This document shows, piece by piece, positions 29,067-37,820 of a stretch of 40,337 nt of DNA. A program made the position numbers and the translations under genes. Numbering within the stretch: the first letter of the stretch is position 1; every line of letters begins with the position of its first letter. The notes under the pieces were generated by a model. The model saw only the letters and a list, made by a program, of their open reading frames with translations. It had not been told where the DNA came from and did not search any database. Origin of the DNA: Nitrospirota bacterium (GTDB lineage: Bacteria > Nitrospirota > Thermodesulfovibrionia > Thermodesulfovibrionales > UBA1546); assembly GCA_016208875.1 (NCBI GenBank), contig JACQXD010000159.1, positions 1 through 40,337 of the forward strand. The letters are read 5' to 3'.

Positions 29067-29253
29067 GGATTTATGAATTAAGTGGGTTACAATTCCACTC
29101 ACCTCGGATAATCTTCGATTTTAAACAAAATTCCTGCACGTATTAGGAAAGAATTCCATGGGAAATAGGAATTTCTTCCAATTACATTCGATTGAATCAT
29201 CTGTTATTGTGTAATCGAGAGAACGGGAAAAGAGAAAATTTATAGGAAAGGAG

Positions 29254-29511
29254 GTGAAGAAAATGATGGCATACTATGAAGAAAAACACGAGATAGGGAA
29301 AGGCGTGGTCATGTTGCTGCTGGGGCCGGTCATAGGTCTCCTCTATGTGATATTTCTGCCGTTCATAGCAATCGCAACAATAACCACACTGGTAGCGAGA
29401 AAGGTTCTGGGCGGCGTATTGAGTTTGGTAAGAAATATCGTATCGTTCGGATGGAAACCCTCGGAGGCGTATCTGTCAGGCAGGAAGAGAAAGAAAAAAG
29501 ACGGAAGCTGA
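29254..29511 (+). CDS. Small membrane protein
   Basis: AGGAGG RBS; GPVIGLLYVIFLPF...SFGWKPSEAYLSG, paralogous to the next gene. Confidence 0.75.
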   Translation: MKKMMAYYEEKHEIGKGVVMLLLGPVIGLLYVIFLPFIAIATITTLVARKVLGGVLSLVRNIVSFGWKPSEAYLSGRKRKKKDGS

Positions 29512-29609
29512 CTTTGGCTGCAAAAGGGTCGGCTGACGGGAATTCGGAAAAAAGACAAAAGAATGGATTCCCGCTTAATGACGGCGGGAATTAGAAAAAG
29601 GAGGAAAAG

Positions 29610-29999
29610 ATGCATACACTGTTCGATTTTTTAACTTATGTTAAAGGGATAGAGTATATAATAGCCGTCCTGTTTATTGTAGGATATATCCTCTACTGGG
29701 AGCTATTAAAGCCAAGGCCTTTCAAGTCGCTGGTGCATACTGCCAAGGATGATCTGGCTCATATTAAAAGGACAGGAACAATGCAGACCGTCAGAAAGAT
29801 AGCAACTGCACCGTTTATCGGTCTGGCTTATATCGTTGCACTACCGTTTGTCTTTATGTTCACGCTCGGCACAACCGTGATTAACGGTATATTGGGTCTG
29901 GCAGGAAGAGAGGCATCGTTCGGGTGGAGACCCACAGAGGCTTATCTGGCGGGCAAGAAAAAGGAAAAGGGAGAAGATAAACAGGATGAAGAGAAGTAA
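29610..29999 (+). CDS. Small membrane protein, HmcD-like N-terminus plus the paralogous domain
   Basis: AGGAGG RBS; MHTLFDFLTYVKGIEY TM segment; PFIGLAYIVALPF...SFGWRPTEAYLAG. Confidence 0.75.
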   Translation: MHTLFDFLTYVKGIEYIIAVLFIVGYILYWELLKPRPFKSLVHTAKDDLAHIKRTGTMQTVRKIATAPFIGLAYIVALPFVFMFTLGTTVINGILGLAGREASFGWRPTEAYLAGKKKEKGEDKQDEEK

Positions 30000-30077
30000 A
30001 TTCCGAGTTAATATCCGGCAATCCCGTGTGAATGTGATATTCTTCTCATGGAATTGCCGAGTAAGGATGGGAAATAA

Positions 30078-30533
30078 ATGAAAAGAACAGTAATAGCAGC
30101 GATCGTTATGAGTATTTTTTTTGCAACAGCCATCTATGCGGAAATGTCGGCAAAGATTCCTGTGATCGTTAAGCTCGACAGCCTGTCCGTAAAATACGAA
30201 CCGGTTCGGTTTGATCATTCGAAACATGTCTCTATTGCAGCAAACTGTGGAATGTGCCATCACCAGCACGGTGACAGCGGAAAACTGCCGTGTAAAGAGT
30301 GCCATTCCGTTACCCCTGCGACTTTCAAGAACTCGGTCTGTAATAATTTTATGGCTTGTAAGGATTGTCATAGTTCTTACGACCCTGCAAATCCGGCTAT
30401 GCCGGGCCTTAAGACCGCATACCATCAAACGTGTTTTCAATGCCACAAGGGTATGGGTAATGTAGGGGTAGATCCTAAGGGTTGTGCAGAGATGTGTCAT
30501 GCAGTAAAAGAACAAAAAACGAGTCTTAAATAA
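30078..30533 (+). CDS. Cytochrome c3-family periplasmic multiheme protein
   Basis: Signal peptide, PVRFDHSKH, four CxxCH plus a C-terminal CAEMCH, LKTAYHQTC. Confidence 0.9.
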   Translation: MKRTVIAAIVMSIFFATAIYAEMSAKIPVIVKLDSLSVKYEPVRFDHSKHVSIAANCGMCHHQHGDSGKLPCKECHSVTPATFKNSVCNNFMACKDCHSSYDPANPAMPGLKTAYHQTCFQCHKGMGNVGVDPKGCAEMCHAVKEQKTSLK

Positions 30534-30554
30534 TGAGTTTATAAGGAGGAGTTT

Positions 30555-31556
30555 ATGGCTAAAATACCCAAAAGATTAGCCCCTAAAAAATATATCGAAA
30601 ACAAAGATTCCGAAACACCGGAGAGAGAGGGTACAAAGGGATTTAACAGGAGGGACTTTCTGAAGACCGCAGCAGTAGTCGGTGGTTCTGCCCTCATTGG
30701 TAGTTATGCGACTGCGTCCGCCTCCAAAGACCTTTCAGGGTGGCCCGATCGCTATGGCTGTCTTACGGATTTAACCAAATGCGTGGGCTGCCGAAGCTGT
30801 GAAAAGGCATGCAATGAGGTAAATAATCTTCCAAAACCGGAGACCTCATTTGACGATGGGTCTGTCTTTAAGGAAAAAAGGAGGCCCACTGCAAAGGCAT
30901 ATACGGTGGTCAACCGGTACAAAAACCCAAAAGATGAAGGTACGCCTATATACCGCAAGGTGCAATGTAACCACTGCAATGAGCCGGCATGTGCCTCTGC
31001 ATGTCCGATACATGCCTATACAAAGACTAAAGAAGGTGCTGTTCTTTATGATCCGGAGAAATGCTTCGGATGCCGGTACTGTATGATAGCCTGTCCGTTT
31101 TATGTGCCGGCCTATGATTATGAAAGCGCCCTTGAACCCAAAATCGTAAAGTGCGTAATGTGTTATGACAGGATAAAGACCGGAGGCATCCCTGCATGTG
31201 CAGAGGCATGCCCGGCAGGTACCATAACCTTCGGCAAAAGGAAGGATTTAATCAAGTTAGCAAGGAAAAAAATAGCTGAAACCCCGGACAGGTATATCGA
31301 CCATATTTACGGGGAACACGAGGCCGGAGGCACGAGCTGGATGTATATCTCAGGTGTTCCTTTTGAGCAGCTTGACTTTCCGACAAATATCCCCAACAGA
31401 CCGATCATCGAGGAGACCAAGGGATTTCTCGGTGCTGTTCCTGTGGTATTTACCGTCTGGCCGGCCCTTTTCGGGATGTGTTATGCGGCCCTGCGCCACA
31501 GGGAGACAATGGAAGAAGATAAGGATCAAAATTCGAAGAAAGGAGTGGAAAAATGA
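30555..31556 (+). CDS. Tat-exported 4Fe-4S dicluster protein (HmcB/HybA-like)
   Basis: NRRDFLK Tat motif; CVGCRSC, CNHCNEPACASACP, CFGCRYCMIACP, KCVMC...PACAEACP; C-terminal TM. Confidence 0.92.
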   Translation: MAKIPKRLAPKKYIENKDSETPEREGTKGFNRRDFLKTAAVVGGSALIGSYATASASKDLSGWPDRYGCLTDLTKCVGCRSCEKACNEVNNLPKPETSFDDGSVFKEKRRPTAKAYTVVNRYKNPKDEGTPIYRKVQCNHCNEPACASACPIHAYTKTKEGAVLYDPEKCFGCRYCMIACPFYVPAYDYESALEPKIVKCVMCYDRIKTGGIPACAEACPAGTITFGKRKDLIKLARKKIAETPDRYIDHIYGEHEAGGTSWMYISGVPFEQLDFPTNIPNRPIIEETKGFLGAVPVVFTVWPALFGMCYAALRHRETMEEDKDQNSKKGVEK

Positions 31557-32788
31557 ATCATAACGGAACATTATCAAAAGACGACTTTAGATCCTGGTTC
31601 ATGGATAAACTGCTCATGGGGATGTCCTGGCCCGAATATGCAGGCAAACTCTTAACGCCGTTTAACATTGTTGCAGCGATTATCCTGAGCATCGGTATCC
31701 CTGTTATAGCGGTGCGTTTTATATACGGACTTGCCACGGCTACCCATGCATCCAACGAATACCCATGGGGAATCACACTCGGTTGGGGACTGTTCGCTGG
31801 TGTTCCCCTCTCTGCCACCGGATTTATAATGGGTACTGCCTACTACATTTTTGGTTTTAAAAAATTCAAGCCATTGGTGAGACTCGGCATACTGACGGGT
31901 TTTTTGGGTTACTTATTTGCCGTTATTTACCTCTTAACCGATATTGGAAGACCATGGCGTATATATTACCCCATGATAATCGGATTCGGTACAGCCTCGG
32001 TTCTCTTCCTTGTGGCATGGCATGTTGCCACTTACCTTACAGTCCAGTTTCTTGAGTTCAGCGAGGCTATACTGGAATGGATCAAGTCGAGGAGGGTTTA
32101 TAAATGGGCAACGATGATGGTTATCGGCATGACCATTGCCGGTATAATCCTGTCAACGCTTCATCAGTCGGCACTCGGCGCGATGTTCCTGCTCACCCCC
32201 GGCAAACTCCATCCCCTATGGTTTTCATCGTATATACCGCACCTCTTTCTCAGTTCGAGCATCTATGCAGCCCTCGCAATGGTAATCGTCGTCAGCACCC
32301 TCGCAGCTCGATTCCTTAGAAGTGCTGCGGGCCATACTTTTCTCGAAAGTCTTGACAGCCTTACAGTCGGACTCGGGAAAGGCGCCTGTGTCGGTATCTA
32401 TGTCTATTTTGCATTGAAATTGGTAGCTCTAGCCCATGATAACAACTGGTACCTGCTGAACACCCCTTATGGAAAATGGTTTCTCCTCGAAATGCTGGGA
32501 TTTGTTCTCCTTCCTGCCCTTGTTCTTACATACGGAGTAAAGAAATACAGCGCAGGTATTGTCAGGTTCGGGGCATTCTATGCCGTTGCCGGCATCATAG
32601 TAAACAGGATAAATGTCTCGGTAATAGCATTCAACTGGAATTTGCCGGATCACCTGCACCACATAATTCCACCGTGGCAGGAGGTTTCTATAGTTATGAC
32701 CCTCGCCACCATTCACATCCTCATTTTCAGATGGATATTGAACAGGATGCCTGTTATCAGGGAAGAACCCGGGTATGAGGGACATTAA
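31553..32788 (+). CDS. NrfD/PsrC-family membrane subunit (HmcC/HybB-like)
   Basis: YPWGI, DIGRPWR, LSTLHQSALG, KLHPLW; about ten TM segments. Confidence 0.92.
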   Translation: MNHNGTLSKDDFRSWFMDKLLMGMSWPEYAGKLLTPFNIVAAIILSIGIPVIAVRFIYGLATATHASNEYPWGITLGWGLFAGVPLSATGFIMGTAYYIFGFKKFKPLVRLGILTGFLGYLFAVIYLLTDIGRPWRIYYPMIIGFGTASVLFLVAWHVATYLTVQFLEFSEAILEWIKSRRVYKWATMMVIGMTIAGIILSTLHQSALGAMFLLTPGKLHPLWFSSYIPHLFLSSSIYAALAMVIVVSTLAARFLRSAAGHTFLESLDSLTVGLGKGACVGIYVYFALKLVALAHDNNWYLLNTPYGKWFLLEMLGFVLLPALVLTYGVKKYSAGIVRFGAFYAVAGIIVNRINVSVIAFNWNLPDHLHHIIPPWQEVSIVMTLATIHILIFRWILNRMPVIREEPGYEGH

Positions 32789-32951
32789 ATTTTTATTGAA
32801 AAAATCTGCCGGGAGGGATACTATTGTGAGACGGTATTCCTCCCGATATCGGAGAGATAGTTCGGAAATGCAGACATTGCTCAAAAATTTATTAAACGCA
32901 TGGATAGCTAAAAGCTGTCAGCTATCAGCTATTACTAATGCAGTCATAAGT

Positions 32952-34457
32952 ATGAAGACTCTAATTATAAAATCCCTCCTAACCTCCCTTTGCCAAAGGG
33001 AGGAAAGATTCCCCTCTATTAAGAGGGGATTAAGGGGTGTGTTCCTCTTGCTGCCTCTGTTCTTTGTTCTTTTAGTTAATAGCGGTATTGCAAAAGAGAC
33101 AGGTCTTTCGGAGGAATCGCAGGGATGTCTGGGATGCCACGGTAAAAAAGGTATAACCGCGAGTTTTGAGAATAACGAATTCGTAGAGGCATATGTGGAT
33201 GCGGAGAAATTTAAGGCCTCCATCCATAATTCCTTAACATGTTCAGACTGTCATATTGATTTTTCCGCAGATAAACATCCGGAAAGAAGGTTCAGAAGCA
33301 AAGAGCAGTATACGATACAATTGTCCCGGGTGTGCAGGCGATGCCATACCCAAGAGCAGATCAAGGCAAAATCCATCCATGCCAGATTGTTCAGCGAGGA
33401 AGAAGAAGGCAGATCGCATCCCTGCACTAACTGTCACGGTTCTCATTCGATAATACGCGTGGGCAAGAGGATGTTTAAGAATGAGGAGCAGTACTGCCTG
33501 AAATGCCACGGCAATGGGGTGGAGATGGAATTTAAAAACGGGGAGATATTATCGCTCGGAATAGATATTTCGTTATTAAACGACTCCGTTCATAACAAGC
33601 TTAGCTGCTCGGACTGCCATTTTGGTTTTTCTTCTGAAGAACATCCCCAGAGAAACTTCAGGTCAAGGCGCGAATATACCCTTGCCTCCTCGGAGAATTG
33701 CAGGAGATGTCATTTCGATAAATATACCAAGACCCTTGAAAGCATACATTTTTCCGTGCTCAGTCAGGGCAATTTGCGTGCGCCGGTATGTATCGACTGC
33801 CACGGTTCCCACTCCATATCCCATTTTGGTAAGGAAAGGATATCGATAGCACGGAGATGCCAGAGATGTCATTCGGAGGTATATAATGTATATACCAAGA
33901 GTGTTCACGGCAATGCCCTTATCAACGAATCCAACCAGGATGTCCCCATATGCATAGACTGTCACAGGGTACATGACATCCAGAATCCCCTTACATTGGA
34001 GTATCACGAGAGGATACCCGAGATGTGCGGTAATTGCCATGCCGACAAAGCCATCATGGGGAAATACGGTCTTTCAACCGATGTTGTAAAGACCTACCTG
34101 ACGGATTTTCACGGTGTTACCTTAAGTTTCTACAAAATGCAGAGAGAGACGCTTACAAAGCCTGCGAGACCGATAGCTGTCTGCACCGACTGTCACGGGA
34201 CCCATAATATAACCAGTACGAGAGGCACATCCGCAGCAATCCTAAAGGCCAACATGGTGAAAAGATGTCGGCAGTGTCATAAGGATGCAACAAAGAATTT
34301 TCCGGATGCGTGGCTATCTCATTACGAACCGAGCCTAAAGAAGGCACAGTTGGTTTTTGTTATTAACCGGGCATATGACATTTTAATGCCTGTTATGGTG
34401 ATCGGTCTTCTGCTTCAAATTATATTGCATATCTGGCGATACGCGATAAACAGATGA
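32952..34457 (+). CDS. Membrane-anchored multiheme cytochrome c (13 CxxCH)
   Basis: 13 CxxCH motifs counted, signal peptide, C-terminal TM helix; start set to ATG 32952 because the track's 32775 start runs through repeat-containing intergenic DNA. Confidence 0.88.
   Translation: MKTLIIKSLLTSLCQREERFPSIKRGLRGVFLLLPLFFVLLVNSGIAKETGLSEESQGCLGCHGKKGITASFENNEFVEAYVDAEKFKASIHNSLTCSDCHIDFSADKHPERRFRSKEQYTIQLSRVCRRCHTQEQIKAKSIHARLFSEEEEGRSHPCTNCHGSHSIIRVGKRMFKNEEQYCLKCHGNGVEMEFKNGEILSLGIDISLLNDSVHNKLSCSDCHFGFSSEEHPQRNFRSRREYTLASSENCRRCHFDKYTKTLESIHFSVLSQGNLRAPVCIDCHGSHSISHFGKERISIARRCQRCHSEVYNVYTKSVHGNALINESNQDVPICIDCHRVHDIQNPLTLEYHERIPEMCGNCHADKAIMGKYGLSTDVVKTYLTDFHGVTLSFYKMQRETLTKPARPIAVCTDCHGTHNITSTRGTSAAILKANMVKRCRQCHKDATKNFPDAWLSHYEPSLKKAQLVFVINRAYDILMPVMVIGLLLQIILHIWRYAINR
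32967..33043. repeat. Two back-to-back C-run/G-run hairpin units in frame in the cytochrome signal peptide
   Basis: ATAAAATCCCTCCTAACCTCCCTTTGCCAAAGGGAGG then TTCCCCTCTATTAAGAGGGGATTAAGGGGTGTGTT; a heptamer array lies just upstream (32904-32933). Confidence 0.85.
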
Positions 34458-34470
34458 GGGGTGGGAAAAG

Positions 34471-35193
34471 ATGAAAGATAACGGAATAAAAAAAGATATT
34501 AAAAGATTCGATGTCCTGCGGATAATCGAGCACTGGATTATCGCTGCAACCTTTATGGTATTGGTAGCGACCGGGTTGTCACAAAAATTTTATATCTTCG
34601 AGGCGTCGCAGTGGCTCGTCATCAAACTGGGCGGCATAGATGCGGTCAGGCTTATCCATCGCATCTCCGGCCTGTTCCTAACATTTTTGACCCTTCAGCA
34701 TATCGTAGTTGCATCTTACGGTATCCTTTTCAAAAGATGGAGACCCGTTATGATTATCAACAAAAAGGATTTCACGGACTCTATAGACAATATGAAATAC
34801 TATCTTGGTCTGACAGACCGGCCGGCCTGCTGCGATAGATACAATTATAAGCAAAAATTCGAATATTGGGGAATCCTTACAGGCGTGCTTTTAATGATTA
34901 TGACGGGATTTATACTCTGGTTCCCTATGCCGGTAACCGGATTTCTATCAGGAGAGATCATCCCTGCTGCAAAGGCACTGCACACAAATGAGGCATTGCT
35001 CATTTTTCTTGTTATTGCCATATGGCATATATACAATTCCATATTCAGCCCCGATGTTTTCCCTCTCGATACGGGAATTTTAACTGGTTATGTCTCGAGG
35101 GAAAGGATGCTGCGGGAACACCCTGTAGAATTGGCACGTATGGAAGGTCTACGTTCGGAAGATATCTGCGGACAACATGACAGTGAGCGGTGA
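34471..35193 (+). CDS. Cytochrome b subunit (FdnI/CbcB-like)
   Basis: IEHW, LVATGL, IHR, RYNYKQKFEYW, LHTNEA, IWHIY; four TM helices with heme-ligand histidines. Confidence 0.9.
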   Translation: MKDNGIKKDIKRFDVLRIIEHWIIAATFMVLVATGLSQKFYIFEASQWLVIKLGGIDAVRLIHRISGLFLTFLTLQHIVVASYGILFKRWRPVMIINKKDFTDSIDNMKYYLGLTDRPACCDRYNYKQKFEYWGILTGVLLMIMTGFILWFPMPVTGFLSGEIIPAAKALHTNEALLIFLVIAIWHIYNSIFSPDVFPLDTGILTGYVSRERMLREHPVELARMEGLRSEDICGQHDSER

Positions 35194-35240
35194 CGATCAT
35201 GAGGGTAGACAAAAAAATAAGTATAGCTTAAGTTATAACC

Positions 35241-37031
35241 ATGCAAAGAAGGATAATACTTTCGGTTATATTGAGCATGCTCATTATTCTCGTCAGCCTC
35301 GGTATCATCAGCCATCTAAGCATCAATGACAGTATAAGAAGATCATTGGAAAAGAGGCTTACACTATCGCGTATTATAGGCCAATATATCGAACATCTGA
35401 TCGAGGAGAATCTTACGCGATTATACGACATCTCGCTTTCCGGCAAGATAGACATTGATGATGGCGATTGGGAACCCGAAAAAAAGGCACTCAAGACCGC
35501 CTACGAATACTCTATCTTTACGGACAGGATTTTTCTGATAGACATGGGCGGTAATGTCCTTATGACTTATCCGTACAAAGAAGGTGAGAAAATAAACCTG
35601 TTAAGCATCCCTTTTGTCAGTAAGAACATCGCGGAGGGAAAACCTATAGTCTCCGACGTATACACAATAGAGACCACAAAGAGAAAGGTTATCTTTGCAC
35701 TTGTACCGTTGAAGAACAAAGACGGAAAGGTCATCGGCATGGCAGGCGGCGAGGTCAATCCTACAAATTACGCATTTACCAGGATAATAAAATCCATTCC
35801 GGCAGAGGCAAATACTTCCATAGAACTCGTTGACAGCCACGGTATCATAATTGCATCAAACGCCCCCAGGCGAATTCTCACCTGCAGCGACCATAACCGG
35901 TTCATCGGAAATCTGATAGCCGGTAAGAAAAGCTTTGTGGGAACATGTCATAGATGCCACACAGAAGACGGCCATAAGAGTAAAACGGAAGACATGCTTG
36001 CCTTTGTCCCGCTCTCTATGGCCCCGTGGGGCGTAGCTATAAGGGAACCCCAGAGGATAGTCTTTTCCCCATCGACAAAATTAAGAGAGGGCTTCCTAAT
36101 TCTAAGCATTATCTCTATCGTAACTGCCTTATTGCTCGGAATAGGAATGAGCAGAAGTATAGTAAAGCCCGTACATAGACTGATCGGCGCAACTCATAAA
36201 ATTGCATCCGGAGATATGTCGAGGTCGATCGAATTCGGGGGGACGGACGAGATCGGGATGTTAAGTAGCAGCTTTGAGGTCATGAGAATTAAGCTGGCAG
36301 ATTCGTTAGAAGAGCTTCGCAGGTATAATATAACCCTCGAAGATCGGGTAATCGAAAGGACAAGACAGATAAAGGCCGGCCGGGAAAAGCTGGAGAACCT
36401 GCTTAAGAAAGTAATATCCGCACAGGAAGACGAGAGAAAGAGGATAGCCCGCGGTCTTCACGATCAAACAATGCAGTCGCTTTCGGCCCTTTTGATGAAG
36501 ATCGATATGTGTAAGGTGTATCCCGAACCTTCTCCGGAAAAGGTAGAGGAGATGAGAAACATTGTGCTTACGACTCTCGACGGGATACACAATACGATTC
36601 AGAACCTAAGACCATCTGTTCTCGATGATTTCGGGCTTGAATCGGCTGTCATGTGGCTCCTCGACAGGCACCTGTCGGAAAAGGGCATTAAATATTATTT
36701 AGATATCATAGAGGCAGGGGGAGCAAAACTCAAACCGAGGATCGAGATAACACTTTTCAGGATCATGCAGGAAGCGATAATGAATATCTCCAGGCATTCG
36801 GCAGCAGAAAATGTTTTTATCCGTTTAAACTATAATAAAAATTCTTTAAATGTCGATATAGTGGACGATGGACAGGGATTTGATGCCTGTTCTATATTAA
36901 GGCATACCGAAGATGAGAGGTCTCTCGGCATATTAGGCATGAGGGAAAGGGCTTATCTTATCGATGCTAAATTTGAAATATGTTCTATGCCGCGTTGTGG
37001 AACAGGGATCAGCTTAAAGATTCCTCTGTAG
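35241..37031 (+). CDS. Sensor histidine kinase (Cache-like, HAMP, HisKA_3, HATPase) with periplasmic CxxCH
   Basis: QEDERKRIARGLHD, QEAIMNISRHS, DDGQGF, LGILGMRER; CHRCH lies between the two TM helices. Confidence 0.92.
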   Translation: MQRRIILSVILSMLIILVSLGIISHLSINDSIRRSLEKRLTLSRIIGQYIEHLIEENLTRLYDISLSGKIDIDDGDWEPEKKALKTAYEYSIFTDRIFLIDMGGNVLMTYPYKEGEKINLLSIPFVSKNIAEGKPIVSDVYTIETTKRKVIFALVPLKNKDGKVIGMAGGEVNPTNYAFTRIIKSIPAEANTSIELVDSHGIIIASNAPRRILTCSDHNRFIGNLIAGKKSFVGTCHRCHTEDGHKSKTEDMLAFVPLSMAPWGVAIREPQRIVFSPSTKLREGFLILSIISIVTALLLGIGMSRSIVKPVHRLIGATHKIASGDMSRSIEFGGTDEIGMLSSSFEVMRIKLADSLEELRRYNITLEDRVIERTRQIKAGREKLENLLKKVISAQEDERKRIARGLHDQTMQSLSALLMKIDMCKVYPEPSPEKVEEMRNIVLTTLDGIHNTIQNLRPSVLDDFGLESAVMWLLDRHLSEKGIKYYLDIIEAGGAKLKPRIEITLFRIMQEAIMNISRHSAAENVFIRLNYNKNSLNVDIVDDGQGFDACSILRHTEDERSLGILGMRERAYLIDAKFEICSMPRCGTGISLKIPL

Positions 37032-37054
37032 CCTTGTGCAGAGAGGGAGGGTCT

Positions 37055-37708
37055 ATGTCTAAGATAAGAGTTCTAATTGCAGATGATCACGCACTGGTAA
37101 GGGAAGGCATTGCGGCATTCCTTAAAATGTCATCTAACATAGAGGTGGTAGGAGAGGCAGCGGATGGGCTGGAGGCCATAGATGGCGTCAAGAAGCTCAA
37201 TCCGGATATCGTACTTATGGATATATCCATGCCTAAACTCGGCGGGTTGGAGGCGGTGACCGAGATTAAAAAAATCCGGCCGGACGTTAAAATCCTTGTC
37301 CTTACCCAATATGATGACAAGGAGTATATAAAGCGATTTCTAAGGGCAGGGGCCTCGGGATATATGCTGAAGAAGGCCGTAGGCAAAGACCTTATTACAG
37401 CTATAAACGCCATTGCCGGAGGTGAGGCATACCTGCATCCATCCATCGCCGCCAGTGTTATCGATGAATACGTGGGGACTAAAAAGGCTGAAAAGATAGA
37501 CGACCCTTACGATATTTTAACGGACAGGGAAAAACAAATCTTAAAACTCATAGCAGAGGGTTATACACATAAAGAAATGGCCGATACCCTCGGTATAAGC
37601 GTTAAGACAGCCATTGCCCACCAGACAAACATCTCTGAAAAACTCGATATACACACACGCACCGGTCTTATAAAATTCGCGATTGTCAAGGGTATAATAA
37701 AATTGTGA
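37055..37708 (+). CDS. NarL/LuxR-family response regulator
   Basis: [28 protein letters not shown]; start set to the ATG behind GGGAGG. Confidence 0.93.
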   Translation: MSKIRVLIADDHALVREGIAAFLKMSSNIEVVGEAADGLEAIDGVKKLNPDIVLMDISMPKLGGLEAVTEIKKIRPDVKILVLTQYDDKEYIKRFLRAGASGYMLKKAVGKDLITAINAIAGGEAYLHPSIAASVIDEYVGTKKAEKIDDPYDILTDREKQILKLIAEGYTHKEMADTLGISVKTAIAHQTNISEKLDIHTRTGLIKFAIVKGIIKL

Positions 37709-37820
37709 AGTTCGATCCCCATCTTTTTTCCATTTTGCATTTTTTGTTTTTTGTCATATAATATATCGTACCTTTCCTCAGGGAGAGCGAAAAATCAGGG
37801 AAAAGAGAGGAATCTTGAGT

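Noticed and set aside
29564-29592. GATTCCCGC...GCGGGAAT hairpin as a terminator or riboswitch
   Set aside because: No U-tract and a single copy here; probably another small palindromic repeat, too little evidence to call.
32775-32951. Extended N-terminus of the multiheme cytochrome
   Set aside because: It reads through intergenic DNA containing a heptamer array and would place the signal peptide about 90 residues from the start.
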